In this document: piece after piece, positions 52,802 to 64,000 of the stretch
Position numbering within the stretch: position 1 is the stretch's first letter
Layout of the letters: every line of letters starts with the position of its first letter
Source of the DNA: Lama guanicoe
Lineage: Eukaryota
Length of the DNA: 64,000 nucleotides
Direction: 5' to 3'
Assembly: GCA_013239625.1 (NCBI GenBank)
Contig: MU054220.1
Span: 248,001-312,000, forward strand
Translations under genes and position numbers: made by a program
Notes under the pieces: model-generated
What the model was told of the DNA's origin: nothing
Databases searched by the model: none
What the model saw: only the letters and a program-made list of their open reading frames with translations

Positions 52802-53090
52802 ATGCAACACCAGGGAAAAGCACAGCAGAAAATCTAACACATGGACTGAACTTCTTTTCTTGGACTTTTACTGACGCTCCTCATCTCCAGTGTTTTTCTG
52901 TTGGGGTTGTTCTTAGTCATCTGTATCACTACCCTAACAGGCAATAGCACCGTAATTCTAATGACAAAAGTGGGTCCTGACGGCCAGATCCCCATGGAGT
53001 CTTTCCTTGGCAGTTTTCCTTCTTTAAAATGGCTATGGATTCCATTACACTTGTCACAATGCTCGTTAATCTTAGGGGTCAAAGGGAGCA
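52802..53090 (+). pseudogene. Decayed 5' fragment (TM1-TM2) of an OR10AG-like gene
   Basis: ttccacag|ATG start context as in the neighbouring genes. LFLVICITTLTGNSTVILMTKVGPDGQIPMESFLGSF aligns by eye with MFLLVYVITLLGNGIIILITKADQALQTPMYFFLSNF. It ends at a poly-T tract followed by MIR-like sequence. Confidence 0.75.
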
Positions 53091-54257
53091 TTTTTTTTTT
53101 TTTTTAGTTTAGTCATGTAAACCTTTGAGCCTTGGTGTCTTCATCTGTGACATAAAATAAGGATATTAACAGAATTCAAGAATATGTTATTGCAAACATT
53201 TTACTAACAGAATGGTAGCTCGTTAAAATCATTTTTCTTTTCCGTTTTCCCAGATATTATTTAAAGCCATAATACGCTAATCACCTTTAAAAAAATATCC
53301 TAGATTGTCTAAGTATATCTCAATATAGGAGAAAGTTGGGTCTCTGTAGTTTTCAGTAATTAATCACCTAAAATATATTTGCTCACATACACTCTAGTTA
53401 AAATAATATATCCTCTGCTTTTGATATTTTTGACAATTGTCTATTCCCCACCTTTTAAATAAGTTACAGTTTTCAACTTTGATTTTCATGTATTTTATCT
53501 TAGATATAATATTAAAATGATACTTTTGAAATAAAAATGATCAATGACACATAGCAAGAGATTTGAGAATTGATATCATCGATGTAATTCGTTCAATTGT
53601 GTCATTGTTAATTAAACAGCCAACAGGTCAAAAGTTTTTTTCAAATCTCTGCTGCATGTTTGGATAAGACAAATAAGGATCTTGCATTATGATGATTCAT
53701 GATCACGATATTTATTTTGATGGGTAAACGCAACCAGAATCATTTCAAATAAAGTGTATGCAGAAACAGTAAGAGCTACAGCTGCACATGGGGAAGGGCG
53801 AGCGTGCCGTATTCTTATTTCTTTTCCTTGGAAAGGATCTAATTGAAGAGTAGGAAAATCCCTAAAAAATGCAATACAAAATTTGGTGGTGTCCTACACC
53901 TGAGAAAACTGGGATGCAAATCCTTCTGTCTCAGGATTCCGTTTGTTAACATGAGGAATAAAATGGACTAATTTTGTTCTACACACAAATACATGAAACA
54001 TAAGAACACATAATTCTCAAACATATCATTTTCATTTAAAATCAAACCTAGAAGTAAATATTAACTAGGTGGATATATTTAGATTTTAGCATAAGTTCTT
54101 TATTAGATTTCAGTTGTATACTTTGAGTCCAGAATATAAAATACTAAACATGAATGGGAAATAGAAATCTTATGTACTAATTCCCCCTAAATCCCTTTAG
54201 TTTATAGAATTATAAAACAGGTTAAAAATATAAAGGACTAATTTTCTATTTTCACAG

Positions 54258-55196
54258 ATGGAACACCTAAAAGACCCATTGGGAGAAAATTTCACTTCAG
54301 TGATGGAATTTGTTCTTTTGGGATTTTCTGATATTCCCAATCTGCAAGTATTTCTTTTTGGGATGTTTTTGCTTGTCTATGTGATAACTCTGTTGGGAAA
54401 TGGCATCATTATTCTCATAACCAAGGCTGACCAGGCTCTCCAGACTCCCATGTATTTTTTCCTCAGTAATTTTTCCTTCTTAGAAATCTGTTATGTATCA
54501 GTCACTCTTCCTAGAATGCTCCTAAACCTCTGGACTCAGAGAAGACACATTTCTTTGTTTGCCTGCGCAACACAAATGAGTTTTGTCCTTATGTTTGGAA
54601 ACATAGAGTGCCTGCTTCTCACCGTGATGGCCTATGACCGCTACGTGGCCATTTGTAACCCCCTGCACTATCCCCTCGTCATGAACCCCAGGGCCTGTGT
54701 CCAGCTGGTGGCGGCCTGCTGGATCACGGGGGTTCTGGTTGAGATAGGGCAGACATGCCAGATTTTCTCTCTGCCCTTTTGTGGATCCAACCAAATCAAT
54801 CACTTCTTCTGTGACATCCCCCCAATACTCAAGCTGGCCTGTGCGGACACTTTTCTGAATGAGATATTGGTCTTCACAGTCGCAGTCCTATTTGTTATGA
54901 CCCCTTTCCTGTTGATACTTGGTTCCTACAGTAAAATCACCTCCACCATCCTGAGGTTGCCATCGGCAACGGGGAGAGCAAAGGCCTTCTCCACCTGCTC
55001 GTCTCATGTCACGGTTGTGACTTTATTCTTTGGATCTGCAGTCATTGCATATTTACGACCCAAATCCAGAAATTCTTCCAATACAGACAAGTTTCTCTCT
55101 CTTTTCTATACCATTGTGACCCCGATGTTTAACCCCCTGATATACACTCTGAGAAATAAGGATGTCTTGATGGCTTTGAGAAAATTGCTTCCTTAA
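54258..55196 (+). CDS. Olfactory receptor 10AG1-like (312 aa, intact)
   Basis: NFT sequon, [54 protein letters not shown]. Confidence 0.95.
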   Translation: MEHLKDPLGENFTSVMEFVLLGFSDIPNLQVFLFGMFLLVYVITLLGNGIIILITKADQALQTPMYFFLSNFSFLEICYVSVTLPRMLLNLWTQRRHISLFACATQMSFVLMFGNIECLLLTVMAYDRYVAICNPLHYPLVMNPRACVQLVAACWITGVLVEIGQTCQIFSLPFCGSNQINHFFCDIPPILKLACADTFLNEILVFTVAVLFVMTPFLLILGSYSKITSTILRLPSATGRAKAFSTCSSHVTVVTLFFGSAVIAYLRPKSRNSSNTDKFLSLFYTIVTPMFNPLIYTLRNKDVLMALRKLLP

Positions 55197-56799
55197 TGTT
55201 GAATGCATTAGCTGTCTGACTTGAACTCATTTTCTGGTTTCCTATTTAATTCTGCCATTTGTATAATCAGAAATTAAGGTCTAGTTTGCTTTTTCTACAT
55301 TACTGTAGATTTCTTATTTTTATTCATTTCAGACCTTATTGTTTTATGCTGCACTTTCTGATATGGAGATTATATCCACAAGGTGTTTTGCTGATAAGAA
55401 AGTACGTATTTAGCCCATCTCATATTCAGTTCACAAATTTACTGGTGATTTGTGACTTTTTATGGGAAAATGTTGTACTTCATACCTAGGAGTTGATGTC
55501 ATAAACCTTTTCTCCCCCAACACAATAATGAATATTTATGATACATTCCTCTCTATATTACTGTCTTTCTCTTTTTTATTTTTATAATGTTTTTAGATAA
55601 TAAAGATTGTAAAACTTTAAGAACATTTGCTAAATATTTATGTGCTTATAATTTTAGACATTTAAGCTTTCAGCAAATACAATTTAATTCTTTATGATTT
55701 ACAGAACACCTAAGTAAAGATTAAAAATAGGAAGTCCACATAGTGATAATTAAAAGTTTTGGATGCAGCAATCAGTTTTTTACCCTGTGCTTCTCTCTGA
55801 ATTCTTCTTTGTAGATATGCTTTGTCGATAGAGCTAAATCATGGTCCTTGCATCTCAATAATTTTTACCTTAAAATTTATTAATGCAAAAAATGTGAATG
55901 CATATTTGCTTTTCAGAGATATAATGTGTATGAGATTGAACTATTTTGTCCCCATATAGATTCATCCATTCCCTAAATTTTCTTCACTTATTTTTTATTC
56001 TTTCGATGGAGTATATAATTTGAATTAAAATAGAAATGCTTAAGATATACAGTGCATTATTTTCCCAAGTTTCCTAGTATTCATATTTATTTATTAATAT
56101 AGTTGTAATAAATATTTTAACACAGTATCTTTAAAAATTGATATCTGGTATAAAAGTAAGAGATTTTACACACAAACACACACACATCTGTGCTCCACAC
56201 ACCTGCACACATACATGAACACACGTATTGAAAATGATAAATACAAGTCTGATCAATGATATTATTATGGATATCCCAGAGCAAGTTTTTCTGTTATTTT
56301 TGTCTTTGTTTAACTGAAATTGTCTGTTCAGTACTATGAACCTGTGTTCTCCATGGTTCTCCTATTTATAGTGAATAAAGAACTCCTCCATTTTCAGCAT
56401 CGCATGCTTATCTAATAAATTCTTCTCATATGCAAGAAACGGAGCTCTTAAGAACCGTCATATGTCACCAGGACTTATGGTTAAAAAAGAACATGGCAGA
56501 AGAGTCACCTTTGGTAATTCATTTGATCAGAAGCAGAGGTAGCTCTGCTCACCGGCCTAAGGACACCCCTTTTTCCAAGCTGGTAGGGAAGTGCATGGCC
56601 ACTGTCTACCTGGAAAAGAGAGCAAGAATGTGTATTAACAACCCTGATGACAAACCTAAGTAGAAAAATCTATTCTGGTCAAGAGTACAGAGAAGAATAA
56701 ATTAATCACCAAGATTTTTAGGTAATATGCCCATTGGACATTTCAAAAAATTAATGGATATGATTGGATACAGGGGAAGACTAGCAGAAGGAGAAAGAT

Positions 56800-57780
56800 A
56801 CCAACAGAAATAATTGCAGGAAAGTTTTCTGCAGAAAATATTGAACACAGACCAGCCAATGAGTGAAATGCAGAGGAAATCACAGCGGGACAGAATCATG
56901 AGCACATAAATTGTGAGTATTTTAAGCCAGTAATTTTGAGGATGGTTTTTAAGCCCAGCACTGGATAACTGATACAGAGGCTAGCTCTGAGAAGTGGGGT
57001 GCTGTCAAAATAAAAATCTAAAACACGTGGCCTTGTGACCTGGTTGCAGGAAGAGATGAGAAGAGCTGAGAGTAAACTGTTGGAGGCTAAATAAATTACA
57101 AACAAGCTGTTAAGTGATGGTGGAGAAGTGGAGATTTTTTTCTGCTATAAGAAGCTGCGTAAATGACTAAGCATTGCTTTATAACAGCCAAAAGCATACA
57201 GACAAACAAAGCATGCACATTGATGCCTGCAGGAACCTGGAAGAGATTACATGTTCCCAATGAATTTGTGAATCTGGCTAAGAAAAATTCCAGGAGAAAT
57301 TTTTAAGTGTGAATTTAATTATTTTAGAGGGCTCTGACCAGGAATGAAAACAAAATAGAAAACTAAATAGAGGACAGTTTTACTGACCAGCAGAATTTAG
57401 AGAAAATATAGAAAAGCCAAGACTTGCTGGGTTATCAATAAAAATGTGGCATATCCTCACTCTTTAGGAAAAGGATTAAATCAAGTGTGATTCTGTGCTG
57501 ACTCCTCTGAAATCCTTAAGGCAGTGCTATCTCAGATTAAAAAAAAAAAAAGGCTGTCTACCAATTTCCAATATATTGTCCTACAGCTGCCTCATATGTG
57601 CAAAGTAAAGAGAATTACATGTTGAAATGATGTATGGAAGTGGCTGTCAGATGTACTAAAACCAAATAAGAATCAGAGGAACCCACAAAGAAAGTTTAAC
57701 TCATGGAAGCACCACCATGTGAACTGAAAGAGACTAAGACCATTCAAACCAAGAAGAGGTTTTTTTTTTTCGAAACCCCA
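56800..57780 (+). mobile_element. MLT1 LTR 3' end followed by MLT1 internal sequence
   Basis: LTR end ttttaagccagtaattttgaggatggttt...ataactgataca (about 56976), then gagaagtggggtgctgtc...aaatctaaaacacgtgg (start of MLT1-int). Confidence 0.65.
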
Positions 57781-57849
57781 AGTGTCTTCAAAACAGTCTT
57801 AAAACAAAGAAAACAAAATCCATACACAAAACAGTATAATAGCTGCAAT

Positions 57850-59910
57850 GATCCATACCCACTAAAAAATTACTAGATATGCCACAAAGCAGGAAAACAT
57901 GATCCACAACAAGAAAAGAATTCAGTCAATAGGAACAAAACCACCAATAAAAAGGAATAATGGGATTAGTACCCAAGGGCATATATGAAATATTTGTAAC
58001 TCTGAACAATTTCTTAAAGAGAAACATAAGCTCTATAAACAAAGAAATACAAGAAAAAAGAATTTTAATCTTTTGGAGATGATGTATCTAAAACTAAATA
58101 TCTAAATTTATCTAATATATCTAAAATGTATCTAAAATACCTGAAATTAACATTTTACAGTGAGATTAATATTACAGTAAACTCTGCAGGGGAAAGTTTT
58201 AGTAAACTTGAAAATAGAAATGGAATCCATTTAAAATAATATAAACAGAACTCTGGAAACTTTCAGGACAGTATCATAAGAGTTGATGTACACATTATTG
58301 GTATATCAGAAGAAAGGATATGGGGCAGGCTTGAAAAGTATTTGAATCATAACAACCAAACATTTAAAAAATGATGAAATAAATCATTTGGGCAGCTAGA
58401 AATAAAGAAATGTGACTTACATGGAAAAGAAAAAAAAAGCTAATGAATCTATAAACCCCCAAATTCAATAAAGTGAACAATCTGCAAGAAACATAACCAT
58501 GCAATATTGTCAATAAAATATATTATAAACAAGTACTAAAAAACAATGATAAAAAATAGAAGTAGCCAGATGAAAAATATATTATGACAGTGGAATGGAT
58601 TTGATTAATGCAGCTTTCAATTTAGAAACTGTTTAGGACAGAGAGAATGGATTACATCTTCAAAGAGCTGGACAAAATAACTGTCAGTCTAGAATGATTT
58701 ATCTAATGAGATGATTCTGCAAAACAGAAAGTTAAATTAAAAACTAGAAACTTTTTCACACAAACTGAAGGGAAAAAATATATCAGTAGCAGATTTACAA
58801 ACAAGAAATATTAAAGGAGTTTTTCAAGTGGAAGAAAACACAGGTGAAAATCAACACAAAGAATGAATCAATCTCAAAATGAAAATAAGAGAGTTGACCT
58901 GCACACCATTTTTCATCTATTTAAATGTTCTTTAAACAATAAATAGCAATTGAAAGCAAAAAGCAGTGTATCATGGTATTTATAAATGAATAAGAATAAA
59001 TTGTAAGGCAATAATACAAAACAAAAGATAGGATTGTAGATATAGGAGTATTTCCTTTTCAGGATGTTACATTTTACATAATATGGCATAATTTCTTTAA
59101 TGATAGTCTGTGGTGGGCAGGGCTTTATATCGTAAACTTTATACCTTCAGCTAAGAAATTAACAAGGAATATTAGATAAAAACAAATGGCGGAGGTACAG
59201 AAAATGCTAAAAACATGCAAATCATAAAAAAGGCATAATAAGAAGGGAAAACAATGAACAAAAAATATGTGTGAGAAAAAAACACAAATTAAATTTAAAT
59301 CCAGCCATAGTTATAATACCACTATTGAAATATATAGCAACCCAATTAGTGTACAGCATGGTGACTATAGGTAACAATATAGTTAACACTACTGTACTGA
59401 ATGTTTAAAAGCCCCTAACAGAGATCTTAAAAGTTCTCACTACAAGAAAAAATTATGTAAGTTTGGATGGTGATGGATGTTAACTAAACACCGAAATGTA
59501 ATATAATTCTCTACGTCAAATATATCTCAATTCAAAAAGACAGATATTGACCGTGTGAAAAACTGTCATTTTTTGATCTACAATACCAAGCAACAAAAGA
59601 ATATGCATCCTTTCAAAGGAAACATTTACCAAGATAGACCAACCGCTGGTCCACAGAGATCTCAGTACTTAGAAATTATATACAGGATATGTTCTCTGGC
59701 TACAATTGAGTTAAATACCAATTTCATTTTTTGGTGTTATATGTGATGAGGATGGAAAGACAAATGTATTTCTGAGTGTGATGGACATGTTCCCAATCTT
59801 GATAGTGTGATGGTTTCACTGCTGTACAAATATGCACAACTTACCCCATTACAAACTGTAAATACATACTTTTATTATGTTTCGATATGTATCAATGAAG
59901 TTGTTTAAAT
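57850..59910 (+). mobile_element. Mosaic of old L1 fragments
   Basis: A-rich L1 ORF1-like motifs (catcttcaaagagctg..aacctgtcagtctagaat) and L1 3' UTR pieces (gtacagcatggtgactataggtaacaat..gatcttaaaagttctcac). Confidence 0.6.
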
Positions 59911-59979
59911 CTGTATTAAATTATTGAAATTGAAATACAAAACCTTTTAGTAAATAAAACTAAGAGAATCTATTACTAG

Positions 59980-60012
<33 letters not shown>

Positions 60013-62326
60013 GATGTGCCTTTGAGGGTCATTATTCTGTGACAGCCAAGAGATTTGACAAAACAGTGAGTCAATTAATTACTAACTGCCTCATATGTTG
60101 CATTTCCATTCTGGAAGTATACATAAACATTAGCAAACTGTTCCATATCCTAAATCAAGTAAAAAGAAAAGTGCCTCCAGGAAATCTCTGTCCTGTTCTA
60201 CGCGGGGTCACATTTACAATTGTAAGTAAAATCAGATGACTAACTTAGCAAGCTACCTGCTTCCCTTCAGTGTGGTAAGGAATGATAGATAACAATGGAA
60301 ACAACCTTAGGAAGAAAATAAAATCAGCTCACTAATTAGAAATTGTTTCTAGAGGTTAGAAAATCAATTAATGAGAAACAAAAAGAGAAAAAAGATAGAA
60401 GGAAACAAGCTTTCTATGGAGATTTGGTGTAAAGCTAACCGTCCTGTGTCGGCAAACAGTGATGGCGGGCTCCGGAAGCCCAGGGCAGTAGCAGGCATTT
60501 ATTCACGCTTATCTTGAGAAGCCGAGGCAGGGAAATATGAATGTTGTTATAGAAACTTTTGCATTAATGTTGTTTAAATAAAAATAATTTCAATATTAAA
60601 ATGAGTAGCCTTCATTCTATGAGAACCTAGATTTAGCCAAGAATCCCCCTCTCCAACATCTTAAATTTTTCAACAAGACTCCTTGGATCCAAGATCATGA
60701 TTATATGTTTATTCTATTTCTGTGACATAATTAATCACGGTAGGCATTATCACTAGGCTTATAGAAGAGAAACTGATACAAAAGAACAGCTGAGATACTC
60801 AAGGATGCACAGATTATAATAAATTAGAAGCAAAAACTAGTTATCTTAATTCCTCAACTAACTCTGTTTCATTACACTGCCATGTGCTTGCCCAAGAATT
60901 AAGGGACAGAACAGCACTTCCACAGCTATTGTATCTTCAACACCACTGTCGTTGTCACCATGGGGAATGTATTTACCTCTTAATACACACAAAGAAATAC
61001 AGGGGGTAGATTCAGATATTTACTATATATGCATAAAAACAAAGATGACACAGACATCATGCTAACCAGGTGTAATGTTAAAATATAAGCCCTTGAAAAT
61101 AAAAATTCAAACTCATAAACAAAATATTACAATTCAAATGTAACCTCTTACAAAGAGACACTAATCCGAAGGGAAAAAATACCTACAAATATAGTTAAAC
61201 CTATAAAGTGACATAACTGTTAGATAAATGATATCGTCCACAGGCATTAATGATAATTTTAAGAAATAGAGGCTGAGTATCAAACCAAAACAGAATAGTG
61301 GGTGTTTAGTGCAGTGTTGATAAGTCCCCCAAGACATTTTTCCTATTAGGGTATTTATGGTGAATTAGTTCTTGATTTTATCCATACCATCTGGTAAATT
61401 TTCTTATAAATAAGAGAAAGACAAAATCTGCAAGATTAGTTACATTTATACTGATCTGACTACAGCTTGAGGGCAGGCAGTGGTAGGTTTTCAATGTGTA
61501 TGTATTACGATTGGGGATGTCAATAACTGAGCGTGAATCTTCGCTTTGGCTTGTCTTCTTTCCCCTTCTAAATTTCCAATGCATTTCTTTAAGTGTAAAA
61601 AAAAAAAAAGTCACAGATTTTTTTCACTGCAACTTTGTTAATTCAAGTAAGCTCTAGCAAAGATTCTAGGTAGGACATGCATTTTGGGAATCGGCATGAA
61701 GCACAGTAATAAAATGTATTTAAAGCAGGATGAGAGAGCTATGTCACATGTTTGATGTTCCATTTTCCTAGACTCTGGGAAGTGGAAAGAAAAGATACAG
61801 AAGTTCAGCTTCCCTTGGATACACAGGGGAACATTTTCTTCATTCACACTGAGAAAATGGGTGCAATCAAAGGTTTTCATTCTGTTTTTTAAGTTATTTT
61901 CACAATTAAACACATGATTTATAAGTTAGAATTGGGTTCACTCCCTCAGCACATATCTAGTATAAACCTACCATTAAAAGTGAATATTTCACAAATACAA
62001 ATGAAAATGCCAGTGTAATATTTGCAAATAATTTGCCAGTTGTAAAGACAAACTATTTTCTACACATTTTAAAACAAAATTCTAGCAGTTAAAATTGTCT
62101 AAAATTTTTAAAGATGGATAAATTTATAATGTGCTGTGAAAAGGAGGATTTTTCATAAAGAATGAAAAGTTAATTTTTTCATTAAAGATGCAGTCACAAG
62201 TGACTCCAGGCAAGGAACCTAAAATCATAATAATTGTGAATAATTACACTCTCAGTAAATATGGGTAGAGTGAAATTAAATTATATTTTGTGATAGCTTT
62301 GAGACAGATTTATTAAAAAGTGACCT

Positions 62327-63286
62327 TTAAGATGCCCACACTGGCTTCTTAAGTAATAATTTTTTCAAAGCTGCAGTCACATCCTTGTTCCTAAGGCTGT
62401 ATATCATGGGGTTCAACATTGGAGTCACAATAGTGTAGAAAACAGACAGAGTTTTGTCGCTTCCTGCAGAATGATTTGACTTGGGCCGTAAGTAGGTGAT
62501 GGTCACAGAGCCAAAGAATAAAAGTACAACTATGAGATGGGAGGAGCAGGTGGAGAAGGCTTTGGACCGACCCGTGGCTGAGGGCAACTTGAGGATGGTA
62601 GAAATTATTTTGATATAAGACCCAAGAATCAGTAGAAAAGGAATCATAGCAAATAATACAGCAACTACATAGACACACATCTCATTGAGTGACGTGTCCC
62701 CACAGGCCAGCGTGATCAGTGGGGGGATGTCACAGAAAAAGTGGTTGATTTGGTTTGAACCACAGAAGGGCAGTGAGAACACCTGGCATGTCTGCCCTAT
62801 CTGGACCGGAACTCCACTGAGCCAGGCGCCCACAGCCAACTGGACGCACATCTTGTGGTTCATGACCAGAGGATAGTGCAGAGGGCTGCAAATGGACACG
62901 TAGCGGTCATAAGCCATCACAGCCAGAAGAAATGCCTCTGTGGCCCCCAGTACAAGGAAGAAGCACATTTGCGTGGCACAGCTCAGCAAAGAAATGCTTC
63001 TGTCTTGAGTCCAAAGGTTCACCAGAATCCTGGGAAGAGTGACAGACACATAGCAGATTTCTAGAGAGGAAAAATTGGCCAGAAAAAAATACATGGGTGT
63101 CTGCAGAACAGAGTCTACCCTCGTGATTATGATGATAAGACCATTTCCTGTTAAGATGAATATGTAGACGAGAAAGAAAAGACCAAATAGAAGCCCTTGG
63201 AGGTTTGGAAGGTCAGAAAATCCCAAGAAAACAAACACCATGACTGAAGAGAAATTGCCTTCTGCTTTTTGGTGTCTGGGCAGCAT
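62327..63286 (-). CDS. Olfactory receptor 10AG1-like (319 aa, intact)
   Basis: NFS sequon, LQTPMYFFL, MAYDRYVSICSPLHY, NHFFCDIPP, KAFSTCSSHL, PMLNPMIYSLRN. Confidence 0.95.
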   Translation of the reverse strand: MLPRHQKAEGNFSSVMVFVFLGFSDLPNLQGLLFGLFFLVYIFILTGNGLIIIITRVDSVLQTPMYFFLANFSSLEICYVSVTLPRILVNLWTQDRSISLLSCATQMCFFLVLGATEAFLLAVMAYDRYVSICSPLHYPLVMNHKMCVQLAVGAWLSGVPVQIGQTCQVFSLPFCGSNQINHFFCDIPPLITLACGDTSLNEMCVYVVAVLFAMIPFLLILGSYIKIISTILKLPSATGRSKAFSTCSSHLIVVLLFFGSVTITYLRPKSNHSAGSDKTLSVFYTIVTPMLNPMIYSLRNKDVTAALKKLLLKKPVWAS

Positions 63287-64000
63287 CTGTGAAAATAAAG
63301 AACTTAATATGTAAAGTCACTTTATCTGCCTGAGTTGCAGTTTGCTAAATGATGAAAAGTGTACCCTGTGCTTTTGAAAGTCGCAGTCACTAAGAATGAA
63401 CCCTATAGAAACATCTAAATTTGATGTTAAGCTGTGTCTTAAAAAACTGTTCATTCTTTCGCTAAAAATTACCCATCAGAAAACATTCCTATCAGGAATT
63501 ACATCTGCTGTGAAATGGCTGTGTTTTCTTGCTACTGATAATGAAATAAGTGATTCTAGGTTTTGTTATTCAGATTTGTGACCGGAATTTCAGAGTCTAA
63601 CTGGAATGGTGTTAATGAAAATAAATTGAAAATAAAAATCATGAAAATGTTTTAGCAATAAGTTTGACACTTTTGTTTGGAAGGACATTTCCCATCAATT
63701 ATCCTTTTTATGTTATTTTAAAAAATCATTGCATTTATTCACATTTTGATTTAAGCTGTCTCAAATATTTTTTGAGGCATCATGTAATTGCAATAAAAAT
63801 AAGCTGGAAAAAGTGACTTTAGGGGGTGACCTTTGTGACTTTTTTGTGTTCTGATAGTTGTTATAGTGAGTTTATTTCAGTTGAAAGACGTCATAAAGTA
63901 ACTCAGTCATGAGGATAGTTATCAGATCTCAGATACTGGTTTTGCATTTGCGTGTTAATTCCTGTAATAAATAGACAAGTTTTTGATTCAAGACATTGTG

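Noticed and set aside
1..64000. CRISPR arrays, operons, rRNA genes or other prokaryote-type systems
   Set aside because: There is no repeat-spacer structure or dense coding. The window is eukaryotic OR-cluster DNA.

Overview
This is 64 kb of AT-rich mammalian DNA containing part of a class II olfactory receptor (OR) cluster. It is probably from a camelid: it has two vic-1-like tRNA-derived SINEs, and I saw no Alu, BovB/Bov-tA or PRE-1 elements. There are four intact OR10AG-like ORFs (23050+, 32052+, 54258+, 62327-) and one open OR5T-like ORF (35107-36096, -). Pseudogenes are a frameshifted OR5F1 orthologue (10971-11925), a multiply disrupted OR5T paralogue (42937-43933), a decayed OR10AG 5' fragment (52802-53090) and a truncated OR10AG copy made by an exact 430-bp tandem duplication. 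Intergenic DNA is mostly L1, L2, MIR, LTR and DNA-transposon remnants. I see no new biological system. The most notable observations are: (1) the tandem duplication, which puts a 134-aa truncated ORF in front of an intact OR; (2) a hidden -5/-1 compensated frameshift in the 'intact' OR5T; (3) patchwork gene conversion between paralogues; (4) two intergenic clusters of homeodomain plus O/E (Ebf) motifs that are candidate OR enhancers; (5) an unidentified GC-rich, pseudogene-like insert. Gene and repeat family names come from recognition by eye, not from database searches.
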